Positions 27,048 through 36,549 are shown, counted from the stretch's first letter. The stretch is DNA of 64,000 bases from an uncultured Actinomycetes bacterium (GCA_963718315.1 CAVQZC010000007.1:231307-295306), one strand, 5' to 3'. A program made the numbers and translations. Notes: generated from the sequence alone by a model not told the origin.

Positions 27048-28376
27048 CTACCCACCGGGCGACAGGTGGACGTACACGTCCGGCATCCCGTTGACATCGC
27101 CGGGAAGCAGGTCGGATCCATCCGTCGCGAACGCGACCTCGCCGCCGTTGCCATCCATCGAGAACGCCGTCGCGTGACCGGTCGAGGAGTCGCCGGCCGC
27201 GTCGACCGTGGCCGGGTCGGCCTCGTAGGTGAGCCGGTTCCAGGTCACGACGCCGACCGACCGCGTGGGAACCAGCGGCACCGCCGCGGTCAGGAACCCG
27301 ACCGTGGTGCCGTTGGCGGAGATCTGCGGCGGCCCAGCTGAGGGAACCGGCACACGCGTCAGCCCACCGGTGGCGCGGTTGCGGATGAAGATGTCCCATG
27401 AGCCCGCGGTGTCGCCCCGCGTCAGAGGCGCCAGCGACTCGAACGCGACCATGTTGCCGTTGGCGCTGACAGACGGGAACAGGCTGCGGCCGGTTCCGCT
27501 GACCCCCGGCTGAGGCGTGCTGATTCGGGACGTCAGGCCCCTCGGCCGGTACCGGACGAAGACGTCCCACTGGCCGTTGATGTCGCGACGCACCAGGTTG
27601 GTGGCGGCTGACGAGAATGCGATCACCGATCCGTCGGCGCTCATCGAGACGACCTGCGGATCGGCCGCGCCGTTGGCCTGGACGCCGCGTGCCCCGACGT
27701 CGACGCGGCCGGTGGTGCCGTGCAGGCGGTCGCGGACGAACACGTCGACGGCGCCGTTGGTATCGCTGGAGACGAGGTTGGATGCTGCCGACGCGAACGC
27801 GATGTAGCGGCCGTCCGCACTGATCGCGGCGCCGCCGCTCGACCGGTTGCCGGGCGCGCCGGTCGTCGCCTTCGACACCAGGTCGGTTCCGCCCGTCTCG
27901 CGGTCGAACACGTAGATCTCGACGACCCCGCGGGGGACGACCGCACCCAGGTTGTCGGCGGTCGAGGCGAAGACGACGAAACGGCCGTCCGCGCTGATGG
28001 CGAGCGGCGTCGAGCTGCCGTCGGCCGGCTCGCCGTCGGGGGCCTGGCTGATCAGCTGTGGCGGACCGCCGGTCGCCGGCGCCGCAAACACGTCGTCGTC
28101 CCCGTTGGTGTCTCCGGCCACCAGGTTGTCCGCCGCCGACTGGAACGCCACCGTGCTGCCGTCGGCGCTGATCAGCGGCGCGCCGCTGGGGCCGTCGGTC
28201 TCGGCGGCCAGCGGGCTGACGCTGATCCGGGCGAGCGTGATGGGATCGGCCGACGCCCGCTGCTGCGTGAGCACGGCTGTCCCGATCAGGGCGGCAAGCG
28301 TGCACAGCTGCGCGGCCCGCCGAAGCGTGGCCGCGCGCCGTGTGCTCCCCCAGCGATGACCTCGAAGAGGCGACAT
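27048..28376 (-). CDS. secreted TolB-like beta-propeller (PD40/WD40-like) repeat protein
   Basis: The N-terminal signal/Tat-like region is RRAATLRRAAQLCTLAALIG. It has at least 6 repeats of the pattern ISADG..VAF.S.A.NLV..DTNG..DVFV. Confidence 0.7.
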   Translation of the reverse strand: MSPLRGHRWGSTRRAATLRRAAQLCTLAALIGTAVLTQQRASADPITLARISVSPLAAETDGPSGAPLISADGSTVAFQSAADNLVAGDTNGDDDVFAAPATGGPPQLISQAPDGEPADGSSTPLAISADGRFVVFASTADNLGAVVPRGVVEIYVFDRETGGTDLVSKATTGAPGNRSSGGAAISADGRYIAFASAASNLVSSDTNGAVDVFVRDRLHGTTGRVDVGARGVQANGAADPQVVSMSADGSVIAFSSAATNLVRRDINGQWDVFVRYRPRGLTSRISTPQPGVSGTGRSLFPSVSANGNMVAFESLAPLTRGDTAGSWDIFIRNRATGGLTRVPVPSAGPPQISANGTTVGFLTAAVPLVPTRSVGVVTWNRLTYEADPATVDAAGDSSTGHATAFSMDGNGGEVAFATDGSDLLPGDVNGMPDVYVHLSPGG

Positions 28377-28390
28377 GACTTGCCGTCACG

Positions 28391-28433
28391 TATCGGACAA
28401 CGTGCAAGCTGGGCTGAGTAAAGATGTTGTTAG
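28391..28433 (-). promoter_or_regulatory. conserved upstream block, copy B (before the beta-propeller gene)
   Basis: It has the same four blocks and spacing as 26976-27018 (28 of 43 nt identical, and all differences fall in the spacers). It ends 14 nt before the ATG at 28376. Confidence 0.35.
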
Positions 28434-28463
28434 GGCGGAATACGCCCCTGGATAGACTGGCGC

Positions 28464-28937
28464 ATGGTTGTCTCGCTGCGGCCGATCACCGACGAGAACC
28501 GGGACGCGGTGCTGGCGCTCGAGTTGGCGCCCGGGCAGGAACGGGTCGTCAGCACGGTGGCCGAGTCGATGCAGGAGGCGATCGACGACCCAGCCGGTCG
28601 CGCGATCCAGTGGGCGATCTACGCCGGCGACACGCCGGTGGGCTTCGTGATGGTCAGCGACGAGGTCGACGACGTGCCCGGGTACATCCCGCACTACCTC
28701 TGGAAGCTGATCATCGACCGCCGGCACCAGCACCGCGGCTATGGCACTGCCACGCTCGACCTGATCGTCGCCTATTTCTGCGGTCGCCCGAACGCCGAGG
28801 TGCTGACAACCAGCGCCCAGCGTGGCGAGGGTAGCCCGATCCCGTTCTACGAGCGGTACGGGTTCCGGCAGACCGGCGAGACCGTGTTCGACGACGAGGC
28901 GCGGCTCGAACTCCGGTTGTCGTCGGTTCGGCCGTGA
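28464..28937 (+). CDS. GNAT-family N-acetyltransferase
   Basis: 157 aa with acetyl-CoA motif A region IDRRHQHRGYGTATL. Confidence 0.8.
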   Translation: MVVSLRPITDENRDAVLALELAPGQERVVSTVAESMQEAIDDPAGRAIQWAIYAGDTPVGFVMVSDEVDDVPGYIPHYLWKLIIDRRHQHRGYGTATLDLIVAYFCGRPNAEVLTTSAQRGEGSPIPFYERYGFRQTGETVFDDEARLELRLSSVRP

Positions 28938-29032
28938 CGACCGTCCGCCCGGCCGTGATCGACAGCCGCGACCCTAGGAGGACTCGTGGACGTTACGACC
29001 CAGACCGTCAACGAAGTGGCTGGGAACTACAA

Positions 29033-30865
29033 CTAGGCGACGGCCTCGACCCAGTCGTCGTAGAGCGAGTAGTAGCGGCCGCGCCGGGCCAGCAGCTGCT
29101 CGTGGGTGCCGGCCTCGATCACGTCGCCGTGCTCCAGCACCACGATCAAGTCGGCGCGGCGGATCGTCGAGAGCCGGTGGGCGACCACGAACGCCGTGCG
29201 GTCGGCGAGCAGCGTCTCCAGCGCCCGCTCGATGCGCGACTCCGTCGGAATGTCGACGCTGGAGGTCGCCTCGTCCAGTATCAGCAGCCGCGGATCGACC
29301 AGCAGGGCGCGGGCGAACGCGACCAGCTGGCGCTGGCCGATCGAGAGCCGCGCCCCACGCTCCTCGATCTCGGTGTCGTAGCCCTCGGGCAGGCCGGCGA
29401 TGAACTCGTCGGCGCCGACAGCCTCGGCGGCGGCCATCACCTCGTCCAGCGTCGCGTCGGGCTTGCCGAAGGCGATGTTGTCGCGGATCGTGCCCGCGAA
29501 CAGGAACCCCTCCTGCGGCACGATCCCCAGCTGGCGGCGCAGTGACGGCGTCGTGACGTCGCGCAGGTCGTGGCCATCCAGCGTGATCCGGCCCCCGGTG
29601 GGGTCGTAGAAGCGGCTCAGCAGCTTGACGATCGTCGACTTGCCGGCGCCGGTGTGACCGACCAGGGCAACGGTCTGGCCGGCGCGGGCGTGGAACGAGA
29701 CGCCGTGCAGCACCTCCGAGGATCCCTGGTTGTAGGCGAACCGGACGTCGTCGAACACGACGTCTCCGCGCACCTCGGGCAGCTCGATCGCGTCGTCCCG
29801 GTCGGTCATCTGCGGCTTGGTGTCGAGCACCTCGAACACCTTGTCCAGGGCTGCCATCCCGGCCAGGAACGTCTGGTAGAACTGCGACAGCTGCTGCACC
29901 GGGTCGAAGAAGTACGTCAGCAGCCCGATGAACGCGAACAGGTCGCCCGGGGGAATGTCGCCGTTCATCACGCGCACCCCGCCGTAGCCGAGCACGATCG
30001 CCAGCGCCAGCGCGGACAACAGGCTGACGAAGGGGAAGTAGACGGCGGCGATGTTGACCGTGTCGACGTTGGCGTCGCGGTAGGAGCCGTTGACCTCCAG
30101 GAACCGGCTGTAGTTGGCCGGCTCGCGCCGGAACGCCTGCACGACCCGCACGCCGGAGATGTCCTCCTGCAGGCTGGCGGTGACCTCGCCTAGCCGTTCC
30201 CGCGTGCGCCGGTAGGCGCGGGCGGAGTGATAGCGGTAGATCACCGTGGCGATCGCCATGCCGGGGAAGATCGTCAGCGTGGCCAGCGCCAGCCGCCAGT
30301 CGACCAGGAACAGGACGACCGCCGAGCCGAACAGGGTGATCGTGTTCTGGATCAGCGTGGTGGGGCCGTCGGTGACCAGCGAGTCGAGGGCCTCGATGTC
30401 GTTCGTCAGCCGCGAGATGACCACGCCGGTGCGCGTGCGCTCGAAGTAGCCGAGGTCGAGCGTCTGGACGTGGTCGAACAGGTTCACGCGCAGGTCGGTG
30501 AGCACCCGCTCGCCGACCCAGGACGTGAGGTAGCTCTGCAGGGCAGCCGCGGCCCAGCCGATGACGACCACGGCCAGGAAGATCGCGACCCACTGGTCGA
30601 GCGCTGCCAGGTCGTGCGTCTCGATGCCGTTGTTGATCGCGTCGCGGACGATCAGCGGGCCGGCGATCGTGGCGGCGGTCGAGACCAGCAGGGTGACGAA
30701 CGCCAGCGACGCCCGCAGCCGGTAGGGCCAGGTCAGGCGAACAAGCTGCGTGATCCGGTGCAGGGTGCCGCGCAGGCCCAGCCCGGCGGAGGCGATCCCG
30801 CGGGTGTTGATGTGGCTGCCGAACGAGACCGCCCTCACGCCACGCCCTCCTTGTCGATCGGGCAC
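29033..30865 (-). CDS. ABC exporter, fused permease/ATPase subunit (type I exporter)
   Basis: Six-helix TMD followed by an NBD with Walker A GHTGAGKST, signature LSIGQRQ and Walker B LLILDEATS. The start may be slightly downstream, since it overlaps the partner by 31 nt. Confidence 0.85.
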   Translation of the reverse strand: MPDRQGGRGVRAVSFGSHINTRGIASAGLGLRGTLHRITQLVRLTWPYRLRASLAFVTLLVSTAATIAGPLIVRDAINNGIETHDLAALDQWVAIFLAVVVIGWAAAALQSYLTSWVGERVLTDLRVNLFDHVQTLDLGYFERTRTGVVISRLTNDIEALDSLVTDGPTTLIQNTITLFGSAVVLFLVDWRLALATLTIFPGMAIATVIYRYHSARAYRRTRERLGEVTASLQEDISGVRVVQAFRREPANYSRFLEVNGSYRDANVDTVNIAAVYFPFVSLLSALALAIVLGYGGVRVMNGDIPPGDLFAFIGLLTYFFDPVQQLSQFYQTFLAGMAALDKVFEVLDTKPQMTDRDDAIELPEVRGDVVFDDVRFAYNQGSSEVLHGVSFHARAGQTVALVGHTGAGKSTIVKLLSRFYDPTGGRITLDGHDLRDVTTPSLRRQLGIVPQEGFLFAGTIRDNIAFGKPDATLDEVMAAAEAVGADEFIAGLPEGYDTEIEERGARLSIGQRQLVAFARALLVDPRLLILDEATSSVDIPTESRIERALETLLADRTAFVVAHRLSTIRRADLIVVLEHGDVIEAGTHEQLLARRGRYYSLYDDWVEAVA

Positions 30866-32610
30866 CCGTCCGGGTCGAGCTGGACGAATGTGCGGTCGAC
30901 CAGGCCGTGCTCGTAGATCTGCCGGTACACCGGGCTATCGTCGATCAGCACCGAGTGCTGGCCACGGGCGACGATCCGGCCCGCCTCCAGCACCACGACC
31001 TCGCCGGCCAGCGAGATGGTCGACAGGCGGTGGGCGATGATCAGGGTCGTACGGCCCTTCATCACCTCGCGCAGGGCGAGCTTGATACGGGCTTCGGTCG
31101 AGGCGTCGACGGACGCGGTTGCATCGTCGAGGATCAGCACCCGCGGGTTCATCAGCAGCGCCCGGGCGATGGCGATCCGCTGGCGCTGGCCGCCGGACAG
31201 CGACAGCCCGCGCTCGCCGACCCGGGTCTCGTAGCCGTCGGGCAGATCCATGATGAAGTCGTGCGCCTGGGCACGGACGGCCGCCTGGACGATCTGCTCG
31301 GGCATCGCGTCCGGCACCCCGAAGGCGATGTTCTCGGCCACGCTGGTGGAGAACAGGAAGGTGTCCTGGGAGACGATCCCGACCTGCGAGCGCAGCGACT
31401 CGAGGCTGAGGTCGCGGACGTCCTGGCCGTCGATGCGCACCGAGCCCGAGTCCACGTCGTAGAACCGCGGGATCAGGGTTGTCAGGGTCGTCTTGCCACA
31501 GCCGGTGGGGCCGATCAGCGCGACGGTGCTGCCGGCCGCGATGTCGAGGTCGATGTCGTGCAGCACCGGGTGCTCGGCGTCGTAGCCGAACTCGACGTGG
31601 GTGAACCGGATTGCCCCGGGGCCCTCGCGCAGTGGCTGAGCGTCGGGCGCCTCGACGATCTCGCGGTCCTCGTCGAGCACCTCGAAGATGCGCTCGCCCG
31701 AGGCCATCGCCCGCTGGTACTGGCCGACCCACATGCCGACGCCGCGCAGTGGGATCACGAGCAGCAGCAGGTAGGAGTTGACCGCGAAGAACGCACCCAG
31801 GGTGATCTGGCCGCTGATCACCTGACGGCCCCCGACCAGCAGCACGGCGGCGATCGCGAGGCTGGGCAGGCCGGACAGGGCGGGCACGTAGCGGGCCTGC
31901 TGGACGGCAGCGACGACGGCTCGGTCGAAGATCCGCTCGGCCCGCTTCCGGAACCGCTCGACCTCGACCTGCTCCTGGCCGAACGCCTTGACCACGCGGA
32001 CGCCGACGACGTTCTCCTCGGCCTGCTGGGTGGCGTCGGCGACCTTCTGCTGGATGTCCTTGAGCACGGGGTGCGTGACCCGCGAGTAGCGGTAGGCGCC
32101 GATCAGCAACGCCGGCGTGATCGCCAGCGCGATCAGCGCCAGCTCCCACGACAGCAGGCTGAGCGCGACCAGCACGGTGAGCGCCGAGAGCACGTTCTGG
32201 GAGAAGAAGACCAGGCCGTAGCCCAGGAAGACGCGGACGGCCTGCGTGTCGACCGTGGCCCGCGACATCAGCTGGCCGGTCTGGTGGCGGTCGTAGAAGC
32301 GGTACGACAGCCGCTGGAGATGCCCGTACATCCGATTTCGGAGGTCGTACTCGACGTCCAGCGAGAGACGGCCGGCGAGCCGCCTCCGGAAGTACATGAG
32401 GACGCCGGAGACGGCGCCGCAGACGACGATCAGGGCAGAGAGCTGGAAGAGCCGGGTGCGGTCATGGCTCCCCTGGGCAGCGTTGATCGAGAGGCCCGTC
32501 AGATACGGGATGACGAGCGCGACCAGCTGCGAGCCGACCGCGAGCACCGTCGTTATCACCGCCTGTGCCCGGTATGGGCGCAGGAAGGTGAGCAGACGAC
32601 GGAATGTCAC
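30835..32610 (-). CDS. ABC exporter, fused permease/ATPase subunit (partner of 29033..30865)
   Basis: TMD plus NBD with Walker A GPTGCGKTT, signature LSGGQRQR and Walker B VLILDDATS. The arrangement is a heterodimeric pair. Confidence 0.85.
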   Translation of the reverse strand: MTFRRLLTFLRPYRAQAVITTVLAVGSQLVALVIPYLTGLSINAAQGSHDRTRLFQLSALIVVCGAVSGVLMYFRRRLAGRLSLDVEYDLRNRMYGHLQRLSYRFYDRHQTGQLMSRATVDTQAVRVFLGYGLVFFSQNVLSALTVLVALSLLSWELALIALAITPALLIGAYRYSRVTHPVLKDIQQKVADATQQAEENVVGVRVVKAFGQEQVEVERFRKRAERIFDRAVVAAVQQARYVPALSGLPSLAIAAVLLVGGRQVISGQITLGAFFAVNSYLLLLVIPLRGVGMWVGQYQRAMASGERIFEVLDEDREIVEAPDAQPLREGPGAIRFTHVEFGYDAEHPVLHDIDLDIAAGSTVALIGPTGCGKTTLTTLIPRFYDVDSGSVRIDGQDVRDLSLESLRSQVGIVSQDTFLFSTSVAENIAFGVPDAMPEQIVQAAVRAQAHDFIMDLPDGYETRVGERGLSLSGGQRQRIAIARALLMNPRVLILDDATASVDASTEARIKLALREVMKGRTTLIIAHRLSTISLAGEVVVLEAGRIVARGQHSVLIDDSPVYRQIYEHGLVDRTFVQLDPDGCPIDKEGVA

Positions 32611-32657
32611 ACCACCCAGCGTAGCGGGCAGTGGCTACCTGACGGCTCTAGAAGCTT

Positions 32658-32819
32658 CTAGTGGCCGCTGCGAATCTGGTGGAGCAGTACGAAGAAGGAC
32701 ACGCCTTCGAGCTGGGCCATCACCCACAACACGCCCAGCAGCAGGATGCCGACCACGACCACCCCGAACGACAGCTCTGAGGTTGCGCTGCCGTCCTCGT
32801 GGCGAAACCAACGGTTCAT
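32658..32819 (-). CDS. small membrane protein (53 aa), hypothetical
   Basis: The product from the ATG at 32819 is MNRWFRHEDGSATSELSFGVVVVGILLLGVLWVMA... It sits 48 nt upstream of the ABC pair. Confidence 0.3.
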   Translation of the reverse strand: MNRWFRHEDGSATSELSFGVVVVGILLLGVLWVMAQLEGVSFFVLLHQIRSGH

Positions 32820-32954
32820 CCCTGACCCCCAAGTCGAGATGCCACACGACCCCCGTGCGGCTACCTCAGGTATCGGTGCATTTCGGCCGGTCGGCGATCC
32901 CAAAACCGGGTGATACGTCGCATCGCGTCACCGTGTTTCGCGCAGAGGCGGGCG

Positions 32955-33704
32955 CTACTGGCCCGAGGCGAGGCCGAGGCGTTCTGCGACCTCGTTGTTG
33001 CGGTTGGCGCGCACTTCGGCGCGCAGCGCGACCTCATCGGGATTGCGGTTCTCGATCTCGCCCTCGGAGGTGTGCTTGTCGGCCAGCTCGGTGATCGCCG
33101 TGCGGTCGCCGTCGGAGATCTCGGTGATCTCACATCCGGCCCGGTAGCGGCCGTAGGGCGCCGGATCCACGCGGACGACGCGCACCTCGATCATCATGGC
33201 GCGGCCGACCAGCAGCACCTCGAGCGTGATCAGATCGCCTGGATCGAGTTCGCGTTGGGTGACGAATGCCAGGCCGGTCGACGACAGGTCGACCAGCCGC
33301 ACGTCGAGCTCGCTGCCTCGTGGCATCGAGCGGCAGAAGCGGACGCGCGCGATCGCGGTCTCGGAGACCGCCGCTCGCGGGGCGGCGCGGCGGGCCTTGC
33401 GGTGACGGACCGCGGACACCTTCATCTGCACCACCGCCTCGGTGGTGCTGTGGAAGAACGCCTCGTCGACGACGAACTCGACCTCGTACCGGCCCCGTTC
33501 CGGGTCGGAGACGCGTGCCAGCAGCAGCAGGTCCTTGCGCATCGCGGTGCGTGGCGCGCGGGCGTGGATCATCCCGTCGCTGCACTCCACTAGCTGCATC
33601 GGGAAGCTACCCCCGTCTTCTGAGAGCACGTCAACAGAGCAGGGCGGCTCAGAGAGCACGCCCAGGGCGAGCATCAGGAGGGCATCGTGCTGAGGGTCAG
33701 ACAT
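32955..33704 (-). CDS. PilZ-domain (YcgR-like two-domain) c-di-GMP-binding protein, paralog 1
   Basis: The real start is the ATG at 33704. It has RRAAPR (RxxxR) and, about 30 aa later, VDLSSTGLAF (DxSxxG). The upstream 127 codons of the track ORF are junk. Confidence 0.7.
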   Translation of the reverse strand: MSDPQHDALLMLALGVLSEPPCSVDVLSEDGGSFPMQLVECSDGMIHARAPRTAMRKDLLLLARVSDPERGRYEVEFVVDEAFFHSTTEAVVQMKVSAVRHRKARRAAPRAAVSETAIARVRFCRSMPRGSELDVRLVDLSSTGLAFVTQRELDPGDLITLEVLLVGRAMMIEVRVVRVDPAPYGRYRAGCEITEISDGDRTAITELADKHTSEGEIENRNPDEVALRAEVRANRNNEVAERLGLASGQ

Positions 33705-33794
33705 CCGTCGCCCCTGTAATCGGCGTGTAAAGGCCCGGGCTGTAGACCTGCCGGAAATCCCCCGTCGGCGGCAGGGAGGAGTACCCTGCACGGT

Positions 33795-34196
33795 GTGGCG
33801 CAGTTCTGGACGGTCATTTTCCTTGGCCTGGTACTGAAGATCCCTCTGGTCTTCCTGTTCTGGGCGATTTGGCGGGCCGCAAAGCTGTTCGATGCCCAGG
33901 AGCCGCCGCCGATGCCGCAGAACTCGCGGTTGGCGCTGTGCGCCTACTGCGGCACCCGGATCACGGTCGGATACGACGCCGCCGCGGTTCATCTGCGGGC
34001 GGCCCAGATCGCCGAGAGAACCGGTCAGGCAGCGTTCGACATCGAGTCCCGGCTGGTGCGCGAGGAGCTGTCGCGGCCACGCCACTACGCCATCGAGCCG
34101 AGCCGCTGCCCGGGCTGCGGCGAGGTCGCCGCTTGGGCGCCGATCGAGCTGCTCGACGAGGAGTCGATGGCCGCGATCCGCTCGGTCCGCAAGTAG
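33795..34196 (+). CDS. membrane-anchored zinc-ribbon protein (133 aa), hypothetical
   Basis: N-terminal helix FWTVIFLGLVLKIPLVFLFWAIW followed by CAYCG ... CPGCG. GC3 is high. Confidence 0.55.
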   Translation: MAQFWTVIFLGLVLKIPLVFLFWAIWRAAKLFDAQEPPPMPQNSRLALCAYCGTRITVGYDAAAVHLRAAQIAERTGQAAFDIESRLVREELSRPRHYAIEPSRCPGCGEVAAWAPIELLDEESMAAIRSVRK

Positions 34197-34214
34197 CGCG
34201 GCCGGAACCGACGG

Positions 34215-34976
34215 CTAGAGCGAGGGGTAGCGGCGCTGGGTGCTGCTGTTCAGCGTTCGCTGTGTGCGGGCCCGCTCGAGCTGCTCCACGACGTCCGGCC
34301 GGCGGCCGGCGGCAGAGTCCCGCGCGTTGACCTGAGCGGCCAGCTCGGTCAGCACGTGCCGGTCGGAGGGCAGGATCGCGGTCACCTCGCAGCCTGTGCG
34401 GTGGCGGCCGTAGACCGCAGGGATCGAGTCCACGACCCGGCATTCCAACCGCAGGCTGGTGCCGTCGACGTCGGCGTACACCTCGAGGATGTCACCGGTC
34501 GAAAACGCCCGGTCGGCGATGAATGCGATCCCGCCCGGGCTGACGTCGACCAGCCGGATGTCGAGCTCGAAACCCGCCCGCTGCTCGCGGCCGAACTGCA
34601 CACGCAGGGCCGCCTGGGCAGCCAGCGGGGCGCGCGGGGACGCGCGCTCGCCGCTGCGCTCCTCGACCTCGATCACCTTCAGGTGGAGCAGCAGCTCGTC
34701 GCCCGACTGGAAGTACGAGCGCAGGATCTTGAAGCGGATGTCGTGGCCGTCGCCGCTCTCGCTGCGCGGTCGGGCCTCGAGGATGAGGTCGTCACGCACA
34801 AGGTCGCGGTCGCCGTAGGCGTAGATGATCGTGCCCTCGACAGCCGCCAGCGTCAGCGGCAGCGTGCCGCCGTCCTCCGAGATCACCTCGATCGTGTCGG
34901 GGAGCTTGGGGAGGAGGGCGAGGGCCTGGCGGAGGAGCGTGTGCTCCTCGCTGTGCTGGCGCGCGGCGAAGCTCAT
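34215..34976 (-). CDS. PilZ-domain (YcgR-like two-domain) c-di-GMP-binding protein, paralog 2
   Basis: It has ERASPR (RxxxR) and VDVSPGGIAF (DxSxxG). It aligns along its whole length with 32955..33704. Confidence 0.7.
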   Translation of the reverse strand: MSFAARQHSEEHTLLRQALALLPKLPDTIEVISEDGGTLPLTLAAVEGTIIYAYGDRDLVRDDLILEARPRSESGDGHDIRFKILRSYFQSGDELLLHLKVIEVEERSGERASPRAPLAAQAALRVQFGREQRAGFELDIRLVDVSPGGIAFIADRAFSTGDILEVYADVDGTSLRLECRVVDSIPAVYGRHRTGCEVTAILPSDRHVLTELAAQVNARDSAAGRRPDVVEQLERARTQRTLNSSTQRRYPSL

Positions 34977-35022
34977 CTCTCTCGTTATCGGCGGTCATCG
35001 CCCGGATCTCAAGTCGGGCTCC

Positions 35023-35855
35023 TCAGAAGCCGCACACGACGCACAGATCTGACCACCAGCGGGCGTAGCGGGCATACGCCGCACCGTCGCCCGGGTGCCC
35101 GGTGATCACCGACTCGGGATCCGTCCACACCTGCTTGTCCCACGGGGCAACGGATCCGGGGTCGAACTCGGCGCCGGCCCGGCGAGCTTCGTCTGCAGGT
35201 ACCAGGCGCGGCCGGACGACCCGCCCATCGCCATCCCAGGCATCGCCGGCGACGTCGATGCCCTCGCGTCGGAAGCTTCCCGCGTGGCTGCCCGAGGCGC
35301 GGTAGACGGGCGCAGGGTATGGAGCCCAGTCGGCACGCGCGAGGTCCCACCACGGGTGCAGGCCGTTCCAGCCCAGGTGCGCCGAGGCGCGGGCGCCGAC
35401 GACCGTCCCGTCAGACCGCAGCTTCACCAGCACGCCCTCCCAGTCGTCGGGTGGTAGCCGTCGAAGGCCGAGAGCCCGGTGTGTGCGGTGCGTGAGTCCG
35501 GGATGTACTCCCAGTACTCGAGGTAGAGGAAGCCGCCCCGACGGACGCCGTGCAGGAACAGCACCGGCCGGGCGCTGACCGCGCGCACAGGCAGGCGCGC
35601 GGCAGCGGCGGAAGTCGACCGGCACCTCGCCGTCGCCGTGCGACTCGAGCGTCAGCGCCGGCGTGTTGCGGGAGGCCAGGGGCAGCAGCGCTGCGTCACC
35701 CGACGGCCGAGCTGCTGTGAGGCGCGTCGGGCGACCGCCCCCATCCCGAACAGCAGCACCAGCAGAGCGAGCGCCAACCCCGCGTACTCGACGGTCGATT
35801 GCCCGTGCTCGTGCATGGCGGGATGCTCCGCCGCCGGTCGCGGTGTGTCAGTCAC
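35023..35855 (-). pseudogene. Flp/DUF4244-type prepilin-like leader + Vps62/DUF946-like domain, reading frame broken about 3 times
   Basis: Frame with the best GC3 by interval: 35855-35695 (HGQSTVEYAGLALALLVLLF); 35695-35605 (ALLPLASRNTPALTLESHGDGEVPVD, 100% GC3); 35600-35455 (PVLFLHGVRRGGFLYLEYWEYIPDS...FDGYH); 35455-35023 (DDWEGVLVKL ... PVYRASGSHAGSF). The motifs H-x-DWE and GSHA are typical of Vps62. Confidence 0.4.
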
Positions 35856-35874
35856 GAGGTGTGACGGATACGTC

Positions 35875-36471
35875 TCAGCTGTGGGCGGCTACCCTCACCA
35901 CCCGCTGGAGGTGCGACGTGGCGGCCACGGCGCCGGCAGGCACTCTGTAGCCGTCGAAGAAGCACTGAATCTTGTCCAGCGCACCCGTCTGGTTGACCAA
36001 CCTCGCGTAGAGGTGGCCGGCACCGGGGACAGTCACCCCGGGCTCCAGGGGGACAACCCCGTTGCCGGGCGTGAAACCAATTTCGGCCACGGGGCTGATG
36101 CACGAGGAATCCGAGAAGAACTCGAGCGTGTCGGTCGAGCCGCCTCCCTGCTGCACCGTGTACGTGATCTGGCGCAACACCAGACCGTCGGTGCCGGGAG
36201 TCGTTGCCGCGATCAGGCACGGCGAGGTTCCTGCCGCGTTCGACGATGCCAGCAGGCCGGAGGTGAACAGGCTCGTCGGCGCGGCGGAGGCGGTGAGTAG
36301 CTGGTGGACCTTCGTGACCTGGGCGACGGTCTTGCCGTTCGAGCCGACGATCTGGGTGAGTGTGGCGGCGGCGTAGGTGGCGCCCGGCACGACCAGGGCG
36401 GCCACGATCAGGCCACCGGCGATCCAGGCGCCGGTGGGAAGCGAGCGCTGCATGAGATATCCCCCTTTCAC
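35875..36471 (-). CDS. secreted/anchored hypothetical protein
   Basis: 198 aa with N-terminal anchor AWIAGGLIVAALVVPGATYAAA and a Thr/Ser/Gly-rich domain containing 3 Cys. The stop is 20 nt before the next gene. Confidence 0.5.
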   Translation of the reverse strand: MKGGYLMQRSLPTGAWIAGGLIVAALVVPGATYAAATLTQIVGSNGKTVAQVTKVHQLLTASAAPTSLFTSGLLASSNAAGTSPCLIAATTPGTDGLVLRQITYTVQQGGGSTDTLEFFSDSSCISPVAEIGFTPGNGVVPLEPGVTVPGAGHLYARLVNQTGALDKIQCFFDGYRVPAGAVAATSHLQRVVRVAAHS

Positions 36472-36549
36472 TGCGCGACGGTCCTTCCGGTCGCGATCGG
36501 GGAGATGGTGGCAGACATCACTTCGCGCTTCAACCGCCGGCGCAGGCTG

